A DNA stretch of 64,000 nucleotides, taken from positions 1,648 through 65,647 of the forward strand of contig JANJXC010000033.1 in assembly GCA_024709225.1 (NCBI GenBank), read 5' to 3'. The notes under the pieces were generated by a model. It worked only from the letters and a program-made list of their open reading frames with translations. It did no database searches and was not told where the DNA came from. This stretch comes from Gammaproteobacteria bacterium. Its GTDB lineage: Bacteria; Pseudomonadota; Gammaproteobacteria; Thiohalomonadales; Thiohalomonadaceae. Within the stretch, counting starts at the first letter, position 1; each line of letters begins with the position of its first letter. Shown piece after piece: positions 8,871-20,215 of this stretch. Position numbers and translations under genes: made by a program.

Positions 8871-8904
8871 TTCATCACTCCTCACTCACTTCATTGCTCG
8901 CCGG

Positions 8905-8946
8905 CCCCAAAAGCACAGGGCCGGTACCTTGCGGTCCGGCCCTGTG
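8905..8946 (-). terminator. rho-independent terminator candidate after secF
   Basis: 11-bp stem CACAGGGCCGG (8914-8924) / CCGGCCCTGTG (8936-8946), followed on the minus strand by CTTTTGGGG. Confidence 0.5.
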
Positions 8947-9003
8947 TCTTCGTCATGGGCCGGCCGGCGTTTTGCCTGGCTGCCCGGATAGCTTCCGCGC
9001 AGC

Positions 9004-9948
9004 CTAAGGCAGGTTCTCCATCTCTTCCTCGCCCTCGCCTTCCTTCTTCACCGGCATCAGGTGCTCGCGCGAAATGCCCAGCCACATGACGATGGGGCTG
9101 GCCACCAGCACCGAGGAATAGATGCCGAACAGGATGCCGATGGTCAGGGCGATGGCGAAGTTGTGCAGCACCTCACCACCAAAAAACAACATCGCCAACA
9201 CCGCCAGCTGAGTGGAAAAGTGGGTAATGATGGTGCGCGACATGGTGCGGGTGATGGCGTTGTCGATCACCTCGGGCACCGAGGCCTTGCGCATGATGCG
9301 GAAGTTTTCGCGCACCCGATCAAAGACCACCACCGACTCGTTCACCGAGTAGCCCAGCACCGCCAGCACGCCGGCCAACACGGTGAGGGAGAACTCCAGC
9401 TGGAACAGCGCGAACACGCCGAGGATGATGACCACATCATGCATGTTGGCGATGATGGCTGCCACGGCGAAGCGCCATTCGAAGCGCATGGCCAGATAGA
9501 TCATGATGCCTATTGCCACCACAACCAGGGCCAGGCCGCCATTCTCGTACAGTTCCTTGCCCACCTGCGGGCCGACGAACTCCACCCGGCGCAACTCCGC
9601 CGAGGTGTCCTGGGCCTTGAGCAGGTCGAACACCTGTGCGCTCAACTGTGCAGTGCTCAGTTCAGGGCGCAGCGGCAGCCGAATCAGCACATCGCGCGAG
9701 GTACCGAAATTCTGTACCGCCGCCTCGCTCATACCCTTGTCCTCCAGCACCTGGCGAATGCTGGCGAGATCTGCCGTCTGCGCATAGCTGACCTCGATCA
9801 CCGTACCGCCGGTGAAATCGACGCCCAGATTCAGGCCGCGAAAACCCAGTGCCAGCACGGCGATGATGAAGGTGGCCAGAGAGATGGTGGTGGTCACCTT
9901 GCCCCAGCTCATGAACGGGATGTCGTTCTTGAAACGGAATAACTCCAT
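9004..9948 (-). CDS. secF: protein translocase subunit SecF
   Basis: MELFRFKNDIPFMSWGK... plus polytopic SecF sequence. AGGAG precedes ATG 9948. The track ORF start at 10074 would overlap secD. Confidence 0.93.
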   Translation of the reverse strand: MELFRFKNDIPFMSWGKVTTTISLATFIIAVLALGFRGLNLGVDFTGGTVIEVSYAQTADLASIRQVLEDKGMSEAAVQNFGTSRDVLIRLPLRPELSTAQLSAQVFDLLKAQDTSAELRRVEFVGPQVGKELYENGGLALVVVAIGIMIYLAMRFEWRFAVAAIIANMHDVVIILGVFALFQLEFSLTVLAGVLAVLGYSVNESVVVFDRVRENFRIMRKASVPEVIDNAITRTMSRTIITHFSTQLAVLAMLFFGGEVLHNFAIALTIGILFGIYSSVLVASPIVMWLGISREHLMPVKKEGEGEEEMENLP

Positions 9949-9968
9949 GATGCTCTCCTGCTGTGCCG

Positions 9969-11831
9969 TCAGATGGACAGCTTGGCGATACGCGCCTTGC
10001 GGCCGTACACCAGATTGACGATGCCGCGCGACACCAACACCGCGCTGAACATCGAGGTCAGAATACCGATACACAGCACCACGGCAAATCCGCGCACCGG
10101 GCCGGAGCCGAGCCAGAACAGCGCAAAGCCGGCAATCAGGGTGGTGATGTTGGAATCCATGATCGTGCCCCAGGCACGCTCGTAACCGGCATGGATCGCT
10201 GCATGCGGCGAGTTGCCAGCACGCAGCTCCTCGCGGATGCGTTCGTTGATCAGCACGTTGGCGTCAATGGCCATGCCGATGGTCAGCGCGATACCCGCCA
10301 TACCCGGGAGGGTCAGGGTCGCCTGCAACATCGACAGTATCGCCACCATCAGGATCGCGTTAAACGACAGCGCGATGACTGAAATGGTGCCGAACACGCG
10401 ATAGTAGATGATCATGAAAATACCGATGGCCAGGAAGCCATAGATATTGGCAGTGAACCCCTTGGCGATGTTCTCGGCACCCAGGCTGGGTCCAACCGTG
10501 CGCTCTTCAACGATTTCCATCGGCGCCGCCAGGGCGCCGGCGCGCAGCAGCAGGGCCAGATTGCGCGCCTCGTCCGGACTGTCCAGGCCGGTGGTCTGGA
10601 AGCGCTTGCTGAAGCGGTCGCGGATCACGGCCACGCTGATCACCTCCTCGGTACGTGAGGTGGCGCGCTGCGGCTGGCCGTTCACCATCTTGGTTTCGGT
10701 CTTGGTCTCGATGAACACCACCGCCATGCGCTTGCCGACGTTGTCGCGCGTGGTGTTGTCCATGCGCCGCGCACCCTGGCCGTCCAGGGTAACGCTGACC
10801 ATCGGGCCGCCGCTCTGCGAATCGATGCCGGAGGCGGCATCGATGATCTGGTCGCCGGTGATGATCACCTGACGTTGCAGCAGAATGGGCTGACCGTTGC
10901 GTTCGTAATACAGGCGGCTGTTGGGCGGCACGCGGCCGGCCACTGCGTCGGCCACGCTGCGCTCCTCATCCACCAGGCGGTATTCCAGGGTCGCGGTGGC
11001 ACCGAGGATCTCCTTGGCGCGGGCGGTATCCTGCACGCCGGGCAGCTGCACCACGATGCGTTCTTCACCTTGCTGCTGGATCACCGGCTCGGCCACGCCC
11101 AGTTCATTGACGCGGTTGCGCAGGGTGGTGATGTTCTGCTGCAGGGCGAACTTCTTGATTTCGCGCAGCTCCTGCTCATTGATGCCGCCCTGCAGCAGGA
11201 AGACCCCGTCACGATCGACGCTCTCCAGCAACAGGTCGCGGTATTCCTTGCGCAGCAGCGCAGCGGCCTGATCGCGCTCGGCGGCATCGCGGAAACGCGC
11301 CTCGACCCGGCCGTTATTGGTGGCGACGGTGAGATAACGAACCTTGTTCTCGCGCAGCAGGGTGCGCCAGTCGCTGACGTAACGTTCCAGTGCCTGGGCA
11401 CCGGCGGCATCCATGTCCACCTGCATCAGGAAGTGCACACCGCCGCGCAGGTCCAGGCCCAGGTACATGGGGGCCGCATCCAGCATTTGCAACCACGCCG
11501 GCGTGGCCGGGGCCAGATTCAGCGCCACGGCATAATTGCCGCCCAGGGTCTCGCGCATCAGCTCGTAGGCCTTGAGCTGCGGCTCGGTGCCGTTGAAGCG
11601 CAGCAGCAGGGTGTCGGCGAGCAGTTCGGCACGCTTCAGTTCGATCCCCTGCGCCTTCAGCACCTGCTCCAGGCGCTCGAGGGTGGTCGCATCCACCTTG
11701 CCGGTGCGGGTCGCCACCACCTGCACCGCCGGGTCGTCACCATACAGATTGGGCAGCGCATAGACCACGCCCGCCAGCAACACCAGGGCGATGAGCAGAT
11801 TTTTCCACAGGGGATATTTGTTCATGGGCAC
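9969..11831 (-). CDS. secD: protein translocase subunit SecD
   Basis: 620 aa starting MPMNKYPLWKNLLIALVLLAGVVYALPNLYG, with a typical SecD periplasmic domain and C-terminal TM bundle. Confidence 0.95.
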   Translation of the reverse strand: MPMNKYPLWKNLLIALVLLAGVVYALPNLYGDDPAVQVVATRTGKVDATTLERLEQVLKAQGIELKRAELLADTLLLRFNGTEPQLKAYELMRETLGGNYAVALNLAPATPAWLQMLDAAPMYLGLDLRGGVHFLMQVDMDAAGAQALERYVSDWRTLLRENKVRYLTVATNNGRVEARFRDAAERDQAAALLRKEYRDLLLESVDRDGVFLLQGGINEQELREIKKFALQQNITTLRNRVNELGVAEPVIQQQGEERIVVQLPGVQDTARAKEILGATATLEYRLVDEERSVADAVAGRVPPNSRLYYERNGQPILLQRQVIITGDQIIDAASGIDSQSGGPMVSVTLDGQGARRMDNTTRDNVGKRMAVVFIETKTETKMVNGQPQRATSRTEEVISVAVIRDRFSKRFQTTGLDSPDEARNLALLLRAGALAAPMEIVEERTVGPSLGAENIAKGFTANIYGFLAIGIFMIIYYRVFGTISVIALSFNAILMVAILSMLQATLTLPGMAGIALTIGMAIDANVLINERIREELRAGNSPHAAIHAGYERAWGTIMDSNITTLIAGFALFWLGSGPVRGFAVVLCIGILTSMFSAVLVSRGIVNLVYGRKARIAKLSI

Positions 11832-11891
11832 AACTCCAAAGGCCCGCCGCGTGGCGGCGGGCCGGGGACTTTCAAATATTCTTGTGTGGGA

Positions 11892-12230
11892 TTACAGACC
11901 GCCCTTGATGGTTCCCTTGGGCAGGACGCTGGCCAGCATCGGGCGCTGGATCTTGACCCGCACATTGTCGGCCACTTCCATTTCGATGAAGTTGTCGCCC
12001 AGTTCCACCACCTTGCCCACCAGACCGCCGGCGGTGACGATCTCGTCGCCCTTGGCCAGGTTGTCGATCATCTTGCGGTGTTCCTTGGCGCGCTTCTGCT
12101 GCGGACGGATGAGCAGGAAATAGAACACCACAAACAGAATGGCGAAGGGCATCAGGGTGCCGAACAGGTCCGGCTGCCCTGCGGCGGCAGGGGCGGCCTC
12201 GGCCCAGGCGTCGGAAATGAAAAAGCTCAT
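11892..12230 (-). CDS. yajC: preprotein translocase subunit YajC
   Basis: MSFFISDAWAEAA...LIRPQQKRAKEHRKMIDNLAKGDEIVTAGGLVGKV. Start chosen at ATG 12230 within the longer track ORF. Confidence 0.9.
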   Translation of the reverse strand: MSFFISDAWAEAAPAAAGQPDLFGTLMPFAILFVVFYFLLIRPQQKRAKEHRKMIDNLAKGDEIVTAGGLVGKVVELGDNFIEMEVADNVRVKIQRPMLASVLPKGTIKGGL

Positions 12231-12292
12231 GTCGTTTCCTTTCAATTGGCTGTGGTTGATCGGCGGCACGGGAGACCCGTGAAAGGCCCGCA

Positions 12293-14499
<2,207 letters not shown>

Positions 14500-14702
14500 G
14501 GGCCGCGCATGTTACCAAATAAAGCCTGCCACTTCATAAATCGTGCCCGCCCTCGCTTGGTCATTGATTCAACGAAGGATTTCTCTCAGGCCGCCGGGCG
14601 CGGCGGCAGGCCGCGCCCGGCCCTTGTGGCGCTAGACTCCCTGGAGAGCCAGGTGCGCGGCACGGCCAGCGCGCGAATTCGAAAATGTTGCCGCCAGAGT
14701 CT

Positions 14703-14731
14703 TTGCCGCCACGGCCCGCTTTCCCTATAAT
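14703..14731 (+). promoter_or_regulatory. sigma70-type promoter candidate for tRNA-Leu
   Basis: TTGCCG (14703-14708), a 17-bp spacer, then TATAAT (14726-14731), 13 nt upstream of the tRNA 5-prime end. Confidence 0.6.
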
Positions 14732-14744
14732 GCGCCCTCCCCTT

Positions 14745-14831
14745 GCCGGGGTGGCGAAACTGGTAGACGCAGCAGACTCAAAATCTGCCGGGGGCAACCC
14801 CGTGTCGGTTCGATTCCGACCCTCGGCACCA
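14745..14831 (+). tRNA. tRNA-Leu (anticodon CAA), type II with long variable arm, CCA encoded
   Basis: The cloverleaf can be drawn by hand: acceptor GCCGGGG/CCTCGGC, anticodon stem GCAGA/TCTGC with loop CTCAAAA, variable arm CGGGGGCAACCCCGTG, and T-arm TCGGTTCGATTCCGA. Confidence 0.9.
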
Positions 14832-14939
14832 TCCCATGATCAGCTCGGGCCATGGCCCGGCTCCCGGTGGCAGACACCCGCGCCGTGAACAGGTAAAGTA
14901 GGAACAATTCCTACCGCTCTCCAAGGACTGGTCCCCGCA

Positions 14940-17900
14940 ATGAGCACTGTGCGACGCCTCTTGCTCTGGCTGCTGCCGCTGGTAGTGCTGAGCCTGAGCA
15001 GTCCCCTCCAGGCCAACCCGAACGGGCTGCAAGCGGTCACGCTGCAGCTGAAGTGGTATCACCAGTTCCAGTTTGCCGGCTATTACGCCGCCCTGGCCCA
15101 GGGCTACTACCGCGAGGCCGGCCTCGACGTCACCCTGCGCGAAGGCCATCCGGAACACGACCCGGTGGCCGACGTGGTGGCCGGCCGGGCCGACTTCGGT
15201 ATCGGCGCCTCGGAACTGCTCCTCGCCCACGCCAACGGGCAACCGGTGGTGGCGATCGCGTCCGTATTCCAGCACTCGCCGCTGATCCTGCTCGCCAAAC
15301 GCCGCCCCGACGTGGAATCGGTGCACGACCTGATCGGCAAGACCCTGCAGGTCGTCCCCCACGAGCACGAGCTGTACGCCTTCATCCAGGCCCTCGGCCT
15401 GCGGCCCGCCGATTTCAGCCTGCAACCGCGCAACGACACCCTGGATGACCTCATCGCGGAACGGGTTGCCGCCGTGGCCGCCTATTCCACCGATGAACCG
15501 TTCGCGCTGGGGCAGCAGGGCATCGATGTTCTGGAGATCACCCCGCGCTCCGCCGGCATCGATTTCTACGGCGACAGCCTGTTCACCAGCCGGCGGTTGG
15601 CCGAACAGGAGCCGCAGATGGTCGAGGCCTTCCGCGACGCCAGCCTGCGCGGCTGGGCCCATGCGCTGGCCCACCCCGAGGAGACCGTGGACCTGATCCT
15701 GCAGCAGTACCACAGCCGCAAGAGCCGGGAACATCTGCTGTACGAGGCACGCGCCATGCAGCGCCTGATCCTGCCGGATCTGGTGGAACTGGGTTACATG
15801 AATCCGGGGCGCTGGAGGCACATCGCCGACAGTTACGCCAATCTCGGCATGCTGCCGCGCGGCTACGACTTCGACGGCTTTCTGTTCGAGCCCAACCCGC
15901 AGATGGACCTGACGCTGCTCTACTGGATCACCGGCCTGGGCGCCCTGGTCACCCTGCTGGGCGGCGCCGTCATCCTGCATGTCGCCCGGCTCAACCATCG
16001 CCTGCGCCTCAGCGAGCAGCACTACCGCGTGCTGTACCAGAATGCACCGATGGCAATCCTGGTGGCGGATGAGCGACATCGGATCACGGCCTGGAACAAG
16101 CAGGCGGAACAGATCTTTGGCTGGCGCGCCGATGAGGTGCTGGGGCGCAGCTTCCTCGATTTCATGGTGCCGCCCAGTGAGCATGCCCAGGTGCAGGCAG
16201 CGGTGCGGCAGGCCATCACCGACACCCCGAACAGCCAGTCACTCAACTGGAACGAGACCCGTTCCGGCGCGCGCCTGCTGTGTGAATGGATGAATGCTGC
16301 ATTGCGGGACAGCGACGGCCGCCTCAGCGGCGTGGTATCACTGGCCATCGATGTCACCGAACGCAACCGCCTGCAGGAACAATTGCGCGTTTCGGCAGAA
16401 AACTACCGCACCCTCACGGAGACGGCCCCGTTCCCGGTGGTGGTCACCAGCCTGGCCGACAACACGGTGCTCTACATCAACCACCGTGCCGAAACGCAGT
16501 TCCACATCCCGCGCGGCGAAGCCATCGGACGCAACGCCCCGGACTACTGGGCGGACCCGGCGCAGCGCCGCATCATGCTGGAGCTGTTGCACAACCAGGG
16601 CCAGGTGACCGACTTCGAGGCGCAGCTCAAGGATGATCACGGCAACCTGTTCTGGGTCTATCTTTCCGCCGCGCTCACCTCCTTCGATGGCAAGCCGGCG
16701 GCCCTGATATCGTTCAACGACATCACCGAGCGCAAACACATCGAACGGGCACTACGCGACAGTGAGCGCCATTACCGCCTGCTGGCCGAGAATGCCTTCG
16801 ACGTGATCTGGACCATGGATCTGCAAGGGCGCTTTACCTACGTCAGCCCTGCAGTGGAGCGCCTGCGCGGCTACACGGTGGCCGAGGTGATGCAGCAACC
16901 GATCGAGGAGGCCCTGACACCCGACTCGGCGCGCCAGGCGGCGGAAGGCATGCGTCATCTGCTGGCAACCGGAGAAATACTGCAGCGCCACTGGGAACTG
17001 GAACAACCCTGCAAGAACGGGGCGACGATCTGGACCGACGTGATGGTCAGCATCATGCACGACACCGATGGTACGCCCAACGGCATCCTCGGCATCACCC
17101 GCGACATCACCGAACAACGCCGCATCCGCGAGGCGCTGAACACCCGCAGCGTGGCCATCGAAGCGGCGGCCGAGGCGGTGATCATCACCGATCCGGAAGG
17201 CTGCATCGAATACGTCAATCCTGCCTTCACTCAGATGACCGGCTACAGTACGGCCGAGGTCATCGGCAAGAAACCGAGCATCCTCAAGAGCGGCCATCAG
17301 TTTCCCGCCTTCTATCGTGAACTGTGGGACACCATCACCGCCGGCAAGATCTGGCGTGGTGAAACCATCAATCGCCGCAAGGACGGCAGTGTATACACCG
17401 AGATCATGGCCATCGCGCCGGTGCGCGACAGTCAGAACCGCATTGCCCACTACGTCGCCATCAAGCACGACATCACCAAGCGCAAGGAACTGGAGGCACG
17501 TCTCGAACACCTGGCCCATTTCGACGTGCTCACCAACCTGCCCAACCGGCCGCTATTCTACGACCGCCTGGAACGCGCCATAGCCAGCGCGCTGCGCAAC
17601 AGCGAATCCATCGGGCTGCTGTTCATCGATCTCGACGGCTTCAAGCAGGTCAACGACACCTGGGGCCACGACATGGGCGATCGCCTGCTGCAGGAGGTGG
17701 CGCAACGCCTGCTCGGCAGCGTGCGCGAGTCCGATACCGTGGCGCGTATGGGTGGGGATGAATTCACCATCATCCTGCGCAGCCTCGCCACCCCCGGCAA
17801 TGCCGAGGTAGTTGCCCGCAAGATCATTGGCGTGTTGAGTGAACCGTTCTTCATCAACCAGCAGGCACTGCGCATCGGCGCCAGCATCGGCATCAGCCTC

Positions 17901-18020
17901 TACCCGCTGCACGCCGACACGCTGGAAAACCTGGTGCACTATGCCGATCAGGCCATGTACGAGGTCAAACGCGCGGGAAAGAACAACCACGCGCTCTATG
18001 CGCCAGCGGTCGCCGAATGA
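14940..18020 (+). CDS. sensor diguanylate cyclase: periplasmic NMT1/SsuA-like solute-binding domain, TM, multiple PAS, GGDEF
   Basis: Signal/TM N-terminus. LQLKWYHQFQFAGYY is solute-binding-like. Repeated PAS/PAC segments. C-terminal RMGGDEFTIIL. No EAL domain. Confidence 0.88.
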   Translation: MSTVRRLLLWLLPLVVLSLSSPLQANPNGLQAVTLQLKWYHQFQFAGYYAALAQGYYREAGLDVTLREGHPEHDPVADVVAGRADFGIGASELLLAHANGQPVVAIASVFQHSPLILLAKRRPDVESVHDLIGKTLQVVPHEHELYAFIQALGLRPADFSLQPRNDTLDDLIAERVAAVAAYSTDEPFALGQQGIDVLEITPRSAGIDFYGDSLFTSRRLAEQEPQMVEAFRDASLRGWAHALAHPEETVDLILQQYHSRKSREHLLYEARAMQRLILPDLVELGYMNPGRWRHIADSYANLGMLPRGYDFDGFLFEPNPQMDLTLLYWITGLGALVTLLGGAVILHVARLNHRLRLSEQHYRVLYQNAPMAILVADERHRITAWNKQAEQIFGWRADEVLGRSFLDFMVPPSEHAQVQAAVRQAITDTPNSQSLNWNETRSGARLLCEWMNAALRDSDGRLSGVVSLAIDVTERNRLQEQLRVSAENYRTLTETAPFPVVVTSLADNTVLYINHRAETQFHIPRGEAIGRNAPDYWADPAQRRIMLELLHNQGQVTDFEAQLKDDHGNLFWVYLSAALTSFDGKPAALISFNDITERKHIERALRDSERHYRLLAENAFDVIWTMDLQGRFTYVSPAVERLRGYTVAEVMQQPIEEALTPDSARQAAEGMRHLLATGEILQRHWELEQPCKNGATIWTDVMVSIMHDTDGTPNGILGITRDITEQRRIREALNTRSVAIEAAAEAVIITDPEGCIEYVNPAFTQMTGYSTAEVIGKKPSILKSGHQFPAFYRELWDTITAGKIWRGETINRRKDGSVYTEIMAIAPVRDSQNRIAHYVAIKHDITKRKELEARLEHLAHFDVLTNLPNRPLFYDRLERAIASALRNSESIGLLFIDLDGFKQVNDTWGHDMGDRLLQEVAQRLLGSVRESDTVARMGGDEFTIILRSLATPGNAEVVARKIIGVLSEPFFINQQALRIGASIGISLYPLHADTLENLVHYADQAMYEVKRAGKNNHALYAPAVAE

Positions 18021-18063
18021 CACGGAGTCCAGGGCGACCCACCCGCGACCCGGACGGGGCAGC

Positions 18064-18735
18064 CTAAACAGCTGTTCCGAATGGGTATCCATCTTCTCTG
18101 CGGCACATCACAGGGCGGGCCGTGCCCGCCGCAACACGGCAGCCATGGGGCGCCCTAGGCCTGGCTACCCATTCGGAACACTTGTTCAGCGCAGCAGCAA
18201 TACCGGTACCGTGGCGTTGCGCATCACGCTGGTGGTGGTGCTGCCGACGAGGAAGCGGCGGGCGGAAGGTGTCGGTGGTGACCAGGATCGGGCGGTGCAT
18301 GATGCGCGCCACGTTCTCCAGCCGGCTGCCGATATGCTCGTTGAGGTTTTCATCGTGCTTGCCCAGCACCAGCAGGCGGGTCTCCGGCTCCATCTCCACC
18401 AGGGTCTCGATCAGGCTGCCGTGGCGCTGACGGGTGACGGGATTGGCAACGCCATCGTTGATGACGCGGTGCTGCGCCTGTTCCAGCATCAGGCGCCCCT
18501 GCTCCAGTGCCAGCCGACCGCGCTTCTGATCCAGTGCGGCCAGCTCCTCCAGCAGCGCCTCGCGGCTGCCGAGGCCGATGTTGCCGGTTAGGTTGCTCGC
18601 GATGGGATACTCCGACTTGTCCAGCACGTGCAGCAGGATCAGCGGCGCCTCCAGGCGCAGACTGGTCCAGGCGGCGTAGTCGCACACCGCCGGGGTGACG
18701 GCGGCACCGTCGATGCAGGCGATCACGTTGGTCAT
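18064..18735 (-). CDS. universal stress protein family; first USP domain intact, second domain apparently deleted (possibly a pseudogene)
   Basis: [11 protein letters not shown]...[32 protein letters not shown] is a complete USP domain. The tail after TDTFRPP is Arg/His-rich and reads into repeat copy B. A typical USP C-terminus, [22 protein letters not shown], sits in the +1 frame at 18254-18186. Confidence 0.6.
   Translation of the reverse strand: MTNVIACIDGAAVTPAVCDYAAWTSLRLEAPLILLHVLDKSEYPIASNLTGNIGLGSREALLEELAALDQKRGRLALEQGRLMLEQAQHRVINDGVANPVTRQRHGSLIETLVEMEPETRLLVLGKHDENLNEHIGSRLENVARIMHRPILVTTDTFRPPLPRRQHHHQRDAQRHGTGIAAALNKCSEWVARPRAPHGCRVAAGTARPVMCRREDGYPFGTAV
18073..18190. repeat. 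nested-palindrome intergenic element, copy B
   Basis: 15-bp terminal inverted repeat TGTTCCGAATGGGTA (18073-18087) / TACCCATTCGGAACA (18166-18180). Inner GGGCGGGC-CGT-GCCCGCC hairpin. Tail GAACACTTGTTCAGC is shared with copy C. Confidence 0.6.
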
Positions 18736-18748
18736 GGTGTTGCTCTCC

Positions 18749-19953
18749 TCAGTGGCCCATCAGGTTTGCTACGGCATCCGGCTTGTCGTGCACCGCGAAG
18801 CGATCGACGATGGTGGCGCTGGCCTCGTTGAGGCCGATGATCTCCACCTCGGTGCCTTCGCGGCGGAACTTGAGCACCACCTTGTCCAGTGCGCTGACCG
18901 AGGTGATGTCCCAGAAGTGGGCCTGGCACAGGTCGATGACCACCTTGTCGACGGCCTCCTTGAATTCGAAGGATTCGACGAACTTGTCGGCCGAGGCAAA
19001 GAACACCTGGCCCACCACCTTGTAGGTGCGGCTCAGGCCGTCCGCGCTCAGCGCGGAGCTGACATACTTGAACTGCGCCACCTTGTTGGCAAAGTTCATC
19101 GCCGCAAACAACACGCCGACGAACACGCCATAGGCCAGGTCGTGGGTGGCGACCACCACCAGCGTGGTGATCATCACCGCGCGGGTGCTGGCCGGGTGTT
19201 TCTTCAGATTGCGCAGTGATTCCCAGCTGAAGGTGCCGATGGACACCATGCTCATCACCGCCACCAGGGCTGCCATGGGGATCTGCGCCACCCAGTCAGT
19301 CGCCGAGGAAGACCACCAGCAACAGCAGCACGCTGCCCACGGTCAGGGTGGACAGGCGGGTACGCCGCCCGACTTCACGTTGATCACCGACTGGCCGATC
19401 ATCGCGCAGCCGGCCATGCCGCCCATCAGGCCGGCGGCGATGTTGGCCACCCCTGCCCCTTGCATTCGCGGTTGTTGTCGCTGGAGGTATCGGTGAGGTC
19501 GTCGACGATGGTGGCGGTCATCAGCGACTCCAGCAGACCCACCATCACCAGTGACACCGCATAAGGGAAGATGATGGCCAGCGTTTCGAAGGAGAGCGGT
19601 ACGTCGGGCCAGAGGAACATCGGCAGCGTATCAGGCAGCTCGCCCATGTCGCCCACGGTGCGGATATCCAGCGCCGATACCATCGCAACGGCGGTAAGCA
19701 CCACAATGGTCACCAGCGGCGAGGGAATCTTTTTGGTGAGGTAGGGGAACAGATAGATCATGCCGGACCGGCCGCCGACGAAGGCGATCACCACCGCAAT
19801 GCAGAACGAGGCATACAATCCCACCTTGGGGTCGACGCCGGCGATGATGGAAAAGGCGATGGCCTCGGGGATCAGGGCCAGTGCCACAACGAGGCCGGCG
19901 AGGACGTCGCCACGGATGTTGGAAAACCAGCTATGGCGTACGGAAGTAATCAT
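18749..19953 (-). pseudogene. SulP-family anion transporter with STAS domain, disrupted (frameshifts plus internal deletion)
   Basis: The two track ORFs (19426..19992 and 18749..19291) are the N-terminal and STAS-containing parts of one SulP protein. The sequence between them reads [29 protein letters not shown] / [21 protein letters not shown] only after frame changes. About 100 aa appear to be missing after GGRSGMI. Confidence 0.8.
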
Positions 19954-20215
19954 TGCAGAGGGAACCTGAATAAATACAGCGACTACCACCATTCAGTGCG
20001 ATGGCGGCAACAATTTCTGGGGCTGGAACGGCATCAGCGCACGGTCCGCTACGGACCGCAGGAGAGAACCGGAAAGCGTGTTATGGCGGAGTGAGGCGCA
20101 TCAGGAACACGATGTTAATCAAAAAACGCGCTCCCTCAATCGGAAATCGCTGCGCCGAGGGAGGAACGCCGCATGGCGCGAATGCAATTCGGGACAACAC
20201 CGGGACAACGCCGTA

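Noticed and set aside
14778-16184. 468-aa minus-strand ORF
   Set aside because: It is antisense to the well-supported SBP-PAS-GGDEF gene and overlaps the tRNA-Leu. No recognisable motifs.
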